This document shows positions 18,496 to 27,940 of a stretch of DNA of 64,000 nucleotides, piece by piece. A model generated the notes under the pieces. That model saw only the letters and a program-made list of their open reading frames with translations, did no database searches and was not told the DNA's origin. Position numbers and translations under genes: made by a program. How positions within the stretch are numbered: the stretch's first letter is position 1; each line of letters opens with the position of its first letter. The stretch is from an uncultured Pedosphaera sp. (GTDB lineage Bacteria > Verrucomicrobiota > Verrucomicrobiia > Limisphaerales > AAA164-E04). The stretch lies in the NCBI GenBank assembly GCA_965214825.1, contig OZ243981.1, forward strand, positions 1,234,567 through 1,298,566. Direction: 5' to 3'.

Positions 18496-21147
18496 ATGCT
18501 TTTTCTCTGCATGGCGCGAGATTTGAATCGGATTTCTTGGTGGCAGGTGCTGCTCATTCTGGCTGTTCCCTTGGTTATTTTTTTCTATCGGGGGTTTCAG
18601 TCTGAGTTGGTGTTGTTTGCGAATGACGGCACTTTGGGCAACATCAGTACAGAGGCAGGCTCTTTGCCGGGCAGCTTTGCCGGGTATTGGGATGACGTGT
18701 ATTGGGTGGGGCAGGAGAGGCCGAGCGCGACGCTCAATTTTACTCAGTTGCTGGGATGGGCGGCCAACAGTTCGGTGATTTATTCGAAAGTCCGGGTGCC
18801 GATGGCGTTGTTGCTGCTGGGGTTTGCCGGTTGGGTTTTGTTTCGGCAGTTGGGTTTTCGGCCGGTGGTTTGTGTGTTGGGGGCGCTTGCTTTTGTCCTG
18901 AACATGAATGTTTTTTCCAATGCTTGCTGGGGATTGGCTTCGTGGACGGTGGCATTGGCTTCGGTTTTGATGGCGCTTGCGGCGTTGCATTTGAAGCCGG
19001 CGCGGATGCCTTTTCTGAAGTATGTCCTGGCCGGGTTTGCCGTCGGGCACGGGGTGATGGAGGGATATGATGTGGGCGCTTTGTATAGTTTGGTGGTCGG
19101 GGGATATGCGGCTTTTAGGGTTCTTGCCGGGAAAGGAGGGATGGGGGGGAAGGGATTGAAGGCGGCGGGGTTGGTTTTGTTGATGGCGGTTTCGTCGGCG
19201 GTGTTTGCGACGCAGGCATTGTCGACGCTTATCGGGACGCAGGTGCAAGGGGTGGCGGGGATGGCCCAGACGCAGGAGGCCAAGAAGCAGCGTTGGGATG
19301 AGGCGACGCAATGGAGTTTGCCGAAGTTGGAATTGTTGCGGGCGGGCATCCCCGGATTGTTCGGTTATCGGATGACTGATATGGAGGGGAAAGTTCAAAA
19401 GAGTTCCTATTGGGGCGCTGTGGGCAGGTCGCCCGGCTGGGAAACGAACCGGCAGGGATTGGCGCGCCATTCTGGCTCCGGCGAATATGCGGGCGTTTTG
19501 GTTTTGGTTCTGGCCGCCTTTGCCGTTTTTCAGAGCTTTCGGGGGAGCCGAACCCCGTTCGACAGACGGCAGCGCGCCATTGTTTGGTTCTGGACGGCGG
19601 TCGCTATTCTCTCCGTCCTTCTGGCTTTTGGCAGGCATGGTCCCCTCTATCGCCTAGTGTATGATTGGGTGCCTTACTTCTCGACCATTCGCAATCCAAT
19701 CAAGTTTATGCATCTTTTCCACCTGGCTACGGTGATTCTCTTCGGCTACGGGATGCAAATTCTGTGGACGCATTATCTGGAGCGGGCGACGGAACGAAAA
19801 GAAAAGCTGGGGAAATTTATCAAACGGCGGCTGGCCGGCGGGATTGCCGGTTTTGAGCAAGTGTGGATGTTTGCAAGCGCTGCCGCCGTCTTCTACGGAG
19901 GGTTGTTGTGTTTGGTGTATGCCTCATCTAAGCGAGAGATGGTCCGTTTCTTGTCCGGCGTGAAGATGCCCGGAGAACTAGCCGGCGCGATTCATACATT
20001 CAGCGTCGGCGAATTAGTTTGGTCCATGGTCTTTTTATCAATCGTTTTAATTCTTGTGGCACTTGCTATAAGCGGGGCGTTCTGTTGGAAACATGGCAAG
20101 GCGTTGGGAATCGCCTTAGGATTGCTTTTATTGGTGGATCTGGGGCGGGCGGACCGGTTTTGGATTCAATACTATGACTATAAAGAAAAGTATGCGTCGA
20201 ACCCGATTATAGACAAACTGCGGGAGAATTCATTTGAGCATCGTGTCTCCAGCACGTTGAATCCCTACAAGCAGAATTGGCTGGCTTCACCGGATAATCA
20301 CGGTCCCTTTTTTCGATGGACTGTCAACTCGTGGCTGCAGCATCAATTTCCGTTTTACAACATTCGGTCTTTGGATGTTGTGCAAATGCCCCGCACGCCG
20401 ATTATAGACAAGACTTTCGGGGAAATGTTTGCGGCGGGGAGCCAGTATGTGCGGCTGTGGGAATTGACCAGCACGTGCTATCTTTTGGGCATGACCAATT
20501 ATCTTGCCATATTGAATCAGCAGTTCGATCTTGGCCGAAACCGGTTCAAACTTTTAAGCCGGTTCGATTTTGTTCCCAAACAGAGGGGCGGTTCGATGAC
20601 AGCAGTGGAGCGCCCCCAAGGGCGCTTTGGCATTTTCGAGTTTGAAGGGGCTTTGCCGAAGACCAAGCGGTATGCCAGCTGGACGGTCATAACGAATGAA
20701 CAATCTGTGCTTCATCAGCTTGCCGATTTGCGTTTCGATCCAATGAAAACTGTGGTGGTGATGGATAAAACGGTGAAGCCGCCGGCAGCAGTTGCGGGAG
20801 AAAATAACGGAACGGCAGTCATTGAGAGTTATCATCCGAAGCGAATAAAAATCAACACTGCGGGTTCTCGCGCCGGCGTGCTATTATACAATGACCGCTA
20901 CCATCCGCATTGGAATGTTTACGTTGATGGAGAGCAGCGGCCTTTGTTGCGGTGCAATTATATCATGCGCGGAGTACAGGTGCCGGCCGGAAAGCGTGTA
21001 GTTGAATTTCGGTATGAGCCGCCGCAGTGGGGGCTTGCTATCAGTCTTGCATCAATAGCTCTGGGCGTTTGGATTCTTTATCTATGCTTGGCCGGGAATA
21101 AGCGGAAGGTGGCGGGGGCTGCGGTTTCGGATGCGCCGAAAAATTAG
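18496..21147 (+). CDS. Large polytopic membrane protein (YfhO / GT-C-like; function uncertain)
   Basis: 883 aa with more than 10 hydrophobic segments in the N-terminal ~520 aa, a soluble C-terminal domain and a final TM 'LAISLASIALGVWILYLCL'. The family call is from architecture only. Confidence 0.6.
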   Translation: MLFLCMARDLNRISWWQVLLILAVPLVIFFYRGFQSELVLFANDGTLGNISTEAGSLPGSFAGYWDDVYWVGQERPSATLNFTQLLGWAANSSVIYSKVRVPMALLLLGFAGWVLFRQLGFRPVVCVLGALAFVLNMNVFSNACWGLASWTVALASVLMALAALHLKPARMPFLKYVLAGFAVGHGVMEGYDVGALYSLVVGGYAAFRVLAGKGGMGGKGLKAAGLVLLMAVSSAVFATQALSTLIGTQVQGVAGMAQTQEAKKQRWDEATQWSLPKLELLRAGIPGLFGYRMTDMEGKVQKSSYWGAVGRSPGWETNRQGLARHSGSGEYAGVLVLVLAAFAVFQSFRGSRTPFDRRQRAIVWFWTAVAILSVLLAFGRHGPLYRLVYDWVPYFSTIRNPIKFMHLFHLATVILFGYGMQILWTHYLERATERKEKLGKFIKRRLAGGIAGFEQVWMFASAAAVFYGGLLCLVYASSKREMVRFLSGVKMPGELAGAIHTFSVGELVWSMVFLSIVLILVALAISGAFCWKHGKALGIALGLLLLVDLGRADRFWIQYYDYKEKYASNPIIDKLRENSFEHRVSSTLNPYKQNWLASPDNHGPFFRWTVNSWLQHQFPFYNIRSLDVVQMPRTPIIDKTFGEMFAAGSQYVRLWELTSTCYLLGMTNYLAILNQQFDLGRNRFKLLSRFDFVPKQRGGSMTAVERPQGRFGIFEFEGALPKTKRYASWTVITNEQSVLHQLADLRFDPMKTVVVMDKTVKPPAAVAGENNGTAVIESYHPKRIKINTAGSRAGVLLYNDRYHPHWNVYVDGEQRPLLRCNYIMRGVQVPAGKRVVEFRYEPPQWGLAISLASIALGVWILYLCLAGNKRKVAGAAVSDAPKN

Positions 21148-21212
21148 CTTGCCGTAGAGAAAGCGCGAGGGGATGGGATTGCTCGCACGGTTTGGTGCTT
21201 CGATGGCTGGGG

Positions 21213-21932
21213 TTACAGGGGGCGAATCCAGATATTGCGGAAGCGGACTGGGTTTCCGTGGTCTTGAAGGATGAGGGGGCCTTTGGCGGCGACGCCGGAG
21301 AGGTTGGCGGCGGTTGTTTTTTTGCCGGCAATCGGGATGTGGTTGTGGATGAGAACACCGTTGTGGAAGACGGTGAAGGAGCCGGGGATGGCTTTGGCGC
21401 CGTCTTTGGCTGGTTTGGGCGCGATGAAGATGATGTCGTAGCTTTGCCATTCGCCGGGTTTTCGCGAGGCGTTGACCAAGGGCGGGTTGTTGCCGTAGAA
21501 GGCACCGGCTTGGCCGTTGAAGTAGGTTTTGTTGTTGTAAGAGTCCAGTATTTGGATTTCGTAGCGGCCTTGCAGATAGACGCCGCTGTTGCCTCTGCCT
21601 TGTCCCTTGCCTTTGATTTCGCGGGGGGTAGCCCATTCGATGTGCAGTTGGACGTCGCCGAAGGATTGTTTGGTTCGGATGTTGCCGGTTCGGTTCACGG
21701 TCATGGCGCCTTGTTGCACGGTCCATTGGACGGGGCCGCCTTTGACGCTTTCCCATTGGGAGAGGTCTTTGCCGTCGAAGAGCACGATGGCGTCGGAGGG
21801 GGCTTTGCTGGGGCTGCTGCCGGGTGTGATGATGGGCGGCTCGCGGTCGTTGGGGTTGGCGGCACCATGGAGGCTTGGATTGAGGGTGAGGCAGAGGAGG
21901 AGCAAGGGGATTGTTTTGGTTGGAGTTGACAT
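21213..21932 (-). CDS. DUF1080 (3-keto-disaccharide hydrolase-like) secreted protein
   Basis: Signal peptide 'IPLLLLCLTLNPSLHG', 'LFDGKDLSQWE', 'GNSGVYLQGRYEIQILD' and the C-terminal 'LQDHGNPVRFRNIWIRPL'. The start was set at the internal ATG 21932. Confidence 0.8.
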   Translation of the reverse strand: MSTPTKTIPLLLLCLTLNPSLHGAANPNDREPPIITPGSSPSKAPSDAIVLFDGKDLSQWESVKGGPVQWTVQQGAMTVNRTGNIRTKQSFGDVQLHIEWATPREIKGKGQGRGNSGVYLQGRYEIQILDSYNNKTYFNGQAGAFYGNNPPLVNASRKPGEWQSYDIIFIAPKPAKDGAKAIPGSFTVFHNGVLIHNHIPIAGKKTTAANLSGVAAKGPLILQDHGNPVRFRNIWIRPL

Positions 21933-21954
21933 GGTTTTGCTGGTTTGAGGGGGT

Positions 21955-23292
21955 TCAGTTTGTTGTGTCGGCTGCGATGCAGTAAAGTGTGTTGTTGGTT
22001 CGAATGAAGAGTTGTTTGTGCGCGGCGATGATGGAGGAGCGGGTTTGGTCGTCGCCGGGGTTGCCCATGGGGGTGTTGCTGAGGATGTTGCCCTTGGCGG
22101 CATCGATGACGAGAACGTCGCCGGCGAAGTTCATCAGGTAGATTTTGCCGTCGGCGGCCAGTGGGGAGGCTTCGAATTTGGCGTATCCCGGAAGGTCGAT
22201 GCTCCATTTGATGCGCCCTGATTTGGGCTCGATGCGGGAGAGGGCGGCTCGAACGTCGCTCAGGATGAAGAAGTCGCCCTTGTAGTAGGCGGGGGTGGGG
22301 ACGTCAGAGGATATTTCGCGGGCGGAGCGGCTGACCCAGGCGATGGCTTGTTTGCCAAGTTGTCCGGCGCCGCCGGCTTTGATGGCGTAGATGGGGTCTC
22401 TCTTGGGCGCGCAGACGAGGATAATGTCTTCGCTGGCGGCAGGGGAAGGCACGTGGCGCCAGTGGCCGATGCGTGTGGGGTTCCAGGTGCTCCACCGCCA
22501 AAGTTCTTTGCCGTCGGCCGGGTTGTGGGCAGTCAGGGCGTCGCCGCCGATGATGAGGATTTGCTTTTGCCCTTGGAATTGGAAGGGGATGGGGGTGGTG
22601 AAGGCTTCTCTGGATTCGGCTTTGGCTTTGCTGGGGCGGATGTGGCGCCAGAGGGTTTTTCCTGTGGCGGGTTCCATGGCGAGGAGGTAGGATTCATTTT
22701 TGCGGTCTCGAAAGCCGCGGTTGTTCACCGGTGTGTCGCGCTGGAGGACTTGGAGGAAGAGTTTGCCGTCGTAGAGAAGTGGGCTGGAGCTGAATGTCCA
22801 CAGGAAAGCGAAGGGGCCTTCGTCTTTTTGGATGTTGCGGCGCCAGAGTTGTTTGCCGCCGAGGGTGTAGCCGAGGAGGTCGCCGTTGCCGTAGAAGAAG
22901 ACGACGACTCGGCCGTCGGTTGCTGGAGAGGGGGAGGCGTAGTTGCTACGTTTGTCGCGGCGGATGCCTTCGCTCAGGGATTTGGACCAGAGGAGGTTGC
23001 CGTTGTGGCGGTCGAAGCAAAGCGCCATCAGGGTTTGGGTTTCGTTGTCGGTGCTGGAGATGAAGACTTTGTCTCCCCACACGACAGGCGTGGCGGCGCC
23101 GGTGCCGGGCAGTTTTGCCTGCCAAAGGACGTTTTCGGTTTTCGACCATTTTTCAGGAAGCCCGGTTTCTGCGGTGGAGCCGTTGAAGTTAGGACCACGC
23201 CATTGGGGCCAATCGGCCGCGTTGAGTGTGCCGAGAAGCGAGCAGGCCAAGATGGGAAACAAATTGCGGTTTATGGAATTCATCGGGATCAT
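21955..23292 (-). CDS. PQQ-like beta-propeller repeat protein (BamB-like fold), secreted
   Basis: Signal peptide, then repeated 'W..........G...P.V.G..V' blades (DWPQWRGPNFNG, LLWSKSL, QLWRRNI, TLWRHI, ELWRWS, IKWSIDL). Confidence 0.75.
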   Translation of the reverse strand: MIPMNSINRNLFPILACSLLGTLNAADWPQWRGPNFNGSTAETGLPEKWSKTENVLWQAKLPGTGAATPVVWGDKVFISSTDNETQTLMALCFDRHNGNLLWSKSLSEGIRRDKRSNYASPSPATDGRVVVFFYGNGDLLGYTLGGKQLWRRNIQKDEGPFAFLWTFSSSPLLYDGKLFLQVLQRDTPVNNRGFRDRKNESYLLAMEPATGKTLWRHIRPSKAKAESREAFTTPIPFQFQGQKQILIIGGDALTAHNPADGKELWRWSTWNPTRIGHWRHVPSPAASEDIILVCAPKRDPIYAIKAGGAGQLGKQAIAWVSRSAREISSDVPTPAYYKGDFFILSDVRAALSRIEPKSGRIKWSIDLPGYAKFEASPLAADGKIYLMNFAGDVLVIDAAKGNILSNTPMGNPGDDQTRSSIIAAHKQLFIRTNNTLYCIAADTTN

Positions 23293-23383
23293 CTAATTGG
23301 TTGAACGGGGGAAAGCGTAAAGAGGTGCGGCGCTTTTGGAAAGTATAAAATTTTGGCCGGGGCAATCACCGGCCGGCGGCTGG

Positions 23384-23821
23384 TCAAAACTTAATGAAGA
23401 AGAGATTGATCCCTTCCATCTCTGCCGTTTTCGGGTTTTGAGATTTCCCGCCGGCATTGCGGCGGCCGGTCCAATCTCTCGGGGGTTTTGAAGTTTTCTC
23501 CAGCGGGGCGAAAGGGTTCAGCAGTTGCCATCCGCGGATTTTTCTAGCGGCGCGGCCGGCTGCGGTTGGCTTGGGAGCCGCCTTGGCTGAGAGAAGAAGA
23601 TCGACTACGGTGCCGCCGATCTCAATTTTCTTGAGCGGTTTTTGGATTTCTTCAACGACGGGGAGGGGCGAATCAGCGGCGCCGGTTTCTGCCGTGCCTT
23701 TCAAGTTTCCTGCGAGTGGTGGGGACGCGGGTGGCGGTTTCTTTTCCGGGTTCGATTCTTGGCCGTTCAGGGCGCTCAGGCAGGCACTGGCGGCGAAAAC
23801 AAAGACGGCAAAACGGTTCAT
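23384..23821 (-). CDS. Hypothetical secreted protein
   Basis: The Met at 23821 gives the signal-like N-terminus 'MNRFAVFVFAASACLSALNG'. No recognisable domain. Confidence 0.45.
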   Translation of the reverse strand: MNRFAVFVFAASACLSALNGQESNPEKKPPPASPPLAGNLKGTAETGAADSPLPVVEEIQKPLKKIEIGGTVVDLLLSAKAAPKPTAAGRAARKIRGWQLLNPFAPLEKTSKPPRDWTGRRNAGGKSQNPKTAEMEGINLFFIKF

Positions 23822-23904
23822 AGCAACGCTCTCTGTAGTTGAGGCGATAATGGCCGGCGTCTTCCCAAACGTCAAGCCTCAAAAAGAGGGTGACGCGATT
23901 CCCT

Positions 23905-24067
23905 CGCGATAAGCATTTGTGGGCTTTGAGGGTTTTGGAGGGCGATTTTGTTTGAGACACATGGATGGACAGGAGGCACAGGATTGGATTTTTTGTCAAG
24001 ACGGGTGCCGGTCAACCGGTCGAGTGCCTGCGCGTCACCCTGTTAAGCCCACAAATACTTATTGCGG
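23905..24067. repeat. Full-length MITE-like element (terminal inverted repeats cgcgataagcatttgtgggctt / aagcccacaaatacttattgcgg)
   Basis: The left arm also matches the reverse complement of the 15914 and 17063 arms. The right arm carries gagtgcctgcgcgtcacc. It lies between a hypothetical gene and clpP. Confidence 0.65.
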
Positions 24068-24170
24068 ATTCCCTGCTTGACGGCGGGAAGGCGGGCGCCT
24101 CCTAATGAGGCGGCGGAAACTTGATTTATGCTTGAACCCTTTCTCGAAGCTCATAAGTTCTAGTGCGTTT

Positions 24171-24755
24171 ATGAGTAGTAAGAGTCTCTCGAAGAAGAGC
24201 GAAGATTCGTTCAAGGAGCATGTCCGAAAGGCATTGTTGAGGCAGCGCACGATCACCGTTTTCGGTGAAATCACACAAAAGGCCGCCCGCGAGTTCACAG
24301 AAAAGTTGCTGGTGTTGGCCGGCGAATCCGAGGAGCCGATTCGGGTCGTCGTCAACTCGCCCGGAGGCCATGTCGAGTCCGGGGATACGATGTTCGACAT
24401 GATCCGCTTTGTGCGGCCGCGGGTTTTGATGGTGGGGACGGGCTGGGTGGCCAGTGCTGGCGCCCTGATTTATTGTGCTCCGCCGAAGGAGGATCGCTTT
24501 TCCCTGCCCAACACGCGCTTCATGTTGCATCAGCCGAGCGGCGGTGTGGGCGGTTCGGCTTCGGATGCGGCGATTGAGGCGAAGGAGATTGTGAAGATGC
24601 GCGAGCGGCTTAATCGGACGTTTGCCGATCAAACTGGGCAGTCGCTGGAGCAGGTGGCCAAGGACAGTGACCGCAATTTTTGGATGAGTCCGAGCGAGGC
24701 GGTGGCATATGGTTTGGCGGGCAAGGTGATCTGTTCGATGGGCGATTTGCCATAA
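24171..24755 (+). CDS. clpP: ATP-dependent Clp protease proteolytic subunit ClpP
   Basis: 'VNSPGGHV', catalytic Ser context 'GWVASAGALI', His 'FMLHQPSGG' and Asp 'DSDRNFWMS'. The internal ATG at 24171 was preferred over the ORF start at 24105. Confidence 0.9.
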   Translation: MSSKSLSKKSEDSFKEHVRKALLRQRTITVFGEITQKAAREFTEKLLVLAGESEEPIRVVVNSPGGHVESGDTMFDMIRFVRPRVLMVGTGWVASAGALIYCAPPKEDRFSLPNTRFMLHQPSGGVGGSASDAAIEAKEIVKMRERLNRTFADQTGQSLEQVAKDSDRNFWMSPSEAVAYGLAGKVICSMGDLP

Positions 24756-24786
24756 GAGGGCCGGTTGCTTTTGGAGAGGTATTGCC

Positions 24787-26202
24787 ATGTGGATTGTCGG
24801 CGGATTGGGAGTGATGGTGCTCGCGGTCGCGGTTTATGACTTGGTCCAGCGGCGCCATGTCATCCTCAGGAATTTTCCGATTGTCGGCCATTTTCGATAT
24901 TGGCTGGAGGCTATCGGCCCGGAATTGCGGCAATACATTGTTACGAGCAATAACGAAGAGCGGCCTTTTTCTCGCGATCAACGCCGGTGGATTTATTCGA
25001 CTTCCAAGCGGGAGGACGGCTACTTCGGGTTTGGCACTGACAATGATCCGGAGATCACACCGAACTACTTGATCATCAAGCACAGCGCTTTTCCACTGGC
25101 GAACCCTCAGCCAGGAGAAGCGGGATACGATCCCGAATACGAAATTCCCTCGGCAAAAGTGCTGGGCGAACCCCGCGGGCGGCGGAAGGCGTTTCGTCCC
25201 GACTCGGTCATCAACATCTCCGGGATGAGTTACGGCTCCCTAAGTGCTCCGGCGGTGGAGGCGCTCAATCGGGGCGCCAAAATTGCCGGATGCTGGCACA
25301 ACACGGGGGAGGGGGGCGTTTCCCCGCATCATCGCCATGGGGCGGATTTGGTTTGGCAGATTGGCACGGGCTATTTCGGCTGCCGCGACGGACAAGGCAG
25401 CTTTTCCATCGAGCGTTTTCGGGAAACGGTTGCCGCCACGCCGATGATTCGGGCGATTGAAATCAAGCTGAGCCAAGGCGCGAAGGCCGGCCTTGGCGGG
25501 GTTGTGCCGGGGGTGAAAGTAACACCGGAGATTGCCGCCATTCGCGGGGTGGCGCCGGGGCAGCCTTGTGTAAGCCCGGCCCGGCACAGCGCCTTTTCCG
25601 ATGTGGACAGCTTGTTGGATTGGGTTGAGCGTTTGGCGGATGAGTCCGGGCTTCCTGTGGGCATCAAATCGGCCGTCGGCCAGATGGATTTTTGGCGAGA
25701 CTTGGTTGCCGCGATGGCGTCAGGGAAGCGGGGCGTTGATTTTGTGGCGATTGACGGGGGCGAGGGGGGGACTGGCGCGGCGCCTCTGGTGTTTGCCGAT
25801 CATGTTGCGTTGCCGTTCCAGCGCGGTTTTTCGCGCGTGTTCCAACTCTTCGCCGAGGCGGGCCTGGCCGATCAAGTCGTTTTCATCGGTTCTGGGAAGT
25901 TGGGTTTTCCAGAGACGGCGCTTTATGCCTTTTCGCTGGGGTGCGATTTGATCGCTCTGGGGCGGGAGCCGATGATTGCGATTGGGTGTGTTCAAGCGCA
26001 GAAATGCCATTCGGGGTATTGTCCCACCGGAGTGGCGACTCAGAACCGCTGGTTGGTGAGGGGCTTGGATCCGAGACACAAGGCGGGGCGATGCGGCAAT
26101 TACCTCCTCTCGCTGCGGAAGGAGATTTTGCGTTTGTCCCGGGCTTGCGGGGTGGCGCATCCGGCGCTGTTTTCAGAGGAACATTTCGAGGTGTTCCGCT
26201 GA
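24787..26202 (+). CDS. FMN-binding glutamate synthase family protein (GltB domain-2-like)
   Basis: N-terminal TM segment, then 'ISGMSYGSLS', 'NTGEGG', 'IEIKLSQGAKAGLGG', 'IDGGEGGTGAAP' and 'CHSGYCPTGVATQ'. Confidence 0.8.
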   Translation: MWIVGGLGVMVLAVAVYDLVQRRHVILRNFPIVGHFRYWLEAIGPELRQYIVTSNNEERPFSRDQRRWIYSTSKREDGYFGFGTDNDPEITPNYLIIKHSAFPLANPQPGEAGYDPEYEIPSAKVLGEPRGRRKAFRPDSVINISGMSYGSLSAPAVEALNRGAKIAGCWHNTGEGGVSPHHRHGADLVWQIGTGYFGCRDGQGSFSIERFRETVAATPMIRAIEIKLSQGAKAGLGGVVPGVKVTPEIAAIRGVAPGQPCVSPARHSAFSDVDSLLDWVERLADESGLPVGIKSAVGQMDFWRDLVAAMASGKRGVDFVAIDGGEGGTGAAPLVFADHVALPFQRGFSRVFQLFAEAGLADQVVFIGSGKLGFPETALYAFSLGCDLIALGREPMIAIGCVQAQKCHSGYCPTGVATQNRWLVRGLDPRHKAGRCGNYLLSLRKEILRLSRACGVAHPALFSEEHFEVFR

Positions 26203-26291
26203 TTTTCCGGGATTCTCGCCGCGCCGAGCCTGGGCGGCCGGCGAATTCGGGCTTGCCAGAACTTGGCAAAAACACACAAGCTCCGTTCTCT

Positions 26292-27758
26292 ATGAGTGCG
26301 GTTCCAATTGTATTCAACAACACCGTTTTGCGGGACGGGCATCAGTCTTTGGCGGCGACGCGCATGCGAACCTCGCAGATGCTGCCGGCGGTCGGCCTGT
26401 TGGACGCAGTCGGCTTTGGCGCTTTGGAGACTTGGGGCGGGGCGACGATTGACGCCTGCCTTCGCTTCCTGGGCGAGAACCCTTTCGACCGGTTGGACGC
26501 CATCAAGCAGCGTTCCCCAAAGACGCCCCATGCAATGCTGCTACGCGGCCAGAACATCGTGCAATACACGAGCTTCCCGGACGACGTCGTCTCCGCGTTC
26601 ATCCAATGTTCCGTTCGGCATGGAATGGACATCTTCCGCATCTTCGACGCGCTCAACGACACCCGCAACTTGACGACAGCATTTCAGGCCGTTAAGAAGG
26701 CGGGCAAACACGTCCAAGGCGTCATTTGCTACACCACCAGCCCCGTTCACACTGTGGAAACCTTCCTCCGGCTGGGAGAAGAACTCGAAGCGATGGGCAG
26801 CGATTCCGTCTGTGTCAAAGACATGGCAGGGTTGATCTCGCCCTCGATGAGCTACGAACTAATCAAAGTGCTCAAACAACGGCTCAAGACGCCTATTGTC
26901 CTTCACACTCACAGCACCGCCGGAATGGGCGCCGCTTCCTACTACGCCGCCATCGAAGCCGGCGTGGACGCTGTGGACACTTCCATCGCCCCCTTCGCCA
27001 ACGGCACCGGACAACCAGACACCCTCCTCATGCAAAAAATGCTCGAACGCAGCAACCGCAAACCCAACTACAACGAAACCCAACTCCGCCAACTGCGAGA
27101 ACACTTTGATGGCGTCTATCAAGAACTCGATAACTTCACCAGCCCCCGCAACGAACGTGTCGACGCCGACATCCTCACCTACCAAGTCCCCGGAGGCATG
27201 CTCTCCAACTTCCGAACCCAACTCAAAGAACAAGGCATGGCCGACCGACTGGAAGAAGTCATGCAGGAAATCCCCCACGTGCGCGAAAAACTGGGCTGGA
27301 TTCCGCTCGTCACCCCCACCTCCCAAATCGTTGGCACCCAAGCCATGCTCAACATCAAATTCGGCCGCTGGAAAATGCTCTCCCAACCAGCCATGGATAT
27401 CCTCCTAGGCAAATACGGGCGAACCCCCGGCCCCGTAGACATCGAGCGGCAAAAACAAGCCGAGAAACAAGGAAAACAAGAAGCCATCGACTGCCGGCCC
27501 GCCGACATCCTGGAACCCCGAATGCCTGCCCTAAAAGCAGAACTAGCCAAACAAAACCTGCCCGACACTGACGAAATGGCCGTGCTTCACGCCATGTTTC
27601 CACAAGAACTCAAAAAAACCTTGCAAGGCAACACCGCCCCAACAACTCCCTCCTCTCCTCAAAAAGAAAAACCCCAAAAGCCGCCGCCCGCCATTTCCCG
27701 CTATCGCATGACTGTCAACGGCTCTCCCTACAACGTCGCTGTTGAGGAACTCGAATAA
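26292..27758 (+). CDS. Pyruvate/oxaloacetate carboxyltransferase subunit (oxaloacetate decarboxylase alpha / pyruvate carboxylase B-like), no biotinyl domain
   Basis: 'NNTVLRDGHQSL', 'CVKDMAGL' and 'LHTHSTAGM'. It ends at '...YRMTVNGSPYNVAVEELE' without an AMKM biotin-attachment motif. The start was set at ATG 26292. Confidence 0.8.
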   Translation: MSAVPIVFNNTVLRDGHQSLAATRMRTSQMLPAVGLLDAVGFGALETWGGATIDACLRFLGENPFDRLDAIKQRSPKTPHAMLLRGQNIVQYTSFPDDVVSAFIQCSVRHGMDIFRIFDALNDTRNLTTAFQAVKKAGKHVQGVICYTTSPVHTVETFLRLGEELEAMGSDSVCVKDMAGLISPSMSYELIKVLKQRLKTPIVLHTHSTAGMGAASYYAAIEAGVDAVDTSIAPFANGTGQPDTLLMQKMLERSNRKPNYNETQLRQLREHFDGVYQELDNFTSPRNERVDADILTYQVPGGMLSNFRTQLKEQGMADRLEEVMQEIPHVREKLGWIPLVTPTSQIVGTQAMLNIKFGRWKMLSQPAMDILLGKYGRTPGPVDIERQKQAEKQGKQEAIDCRPADILEPRMPALKAELAKQNLPDTDEMAVLHAMFPQELKKTLQGNTAPTTPSSPQKEKPQKPPPAISRYRMTVNGSPYNVAVEELE

Positions 27759-27940
27759 GCTCAAAGAATAAACAATGTAAAAAACCGGCATCTAATATAA
27801 TATCGCAACACAAATATAAAACAAAGCGCACAATATGAGTGTGTTTAACCGATTTGATCAGGAAGAATCAGAAATCGAAATCGTTGCGGCAGATGAAGTT
27901 GCCCTGGAGAATCTCACCGCGAGTTTTCTTCGCTCGCTGC

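Noticed and set aside
25941-26291. Upstream extension of the carboxyltransferase ORF. Similar extensions exist at 44798..46129 (panC), 4953..5273, 6196..6294, 33440..33721, 40564..40662, 41598..41822 and 49616..49804.
   Set aside because: The extensions overlap the neighbouring gene or a repeat element and have junk-like translations. Internal ATGs give family-typical N-termini.
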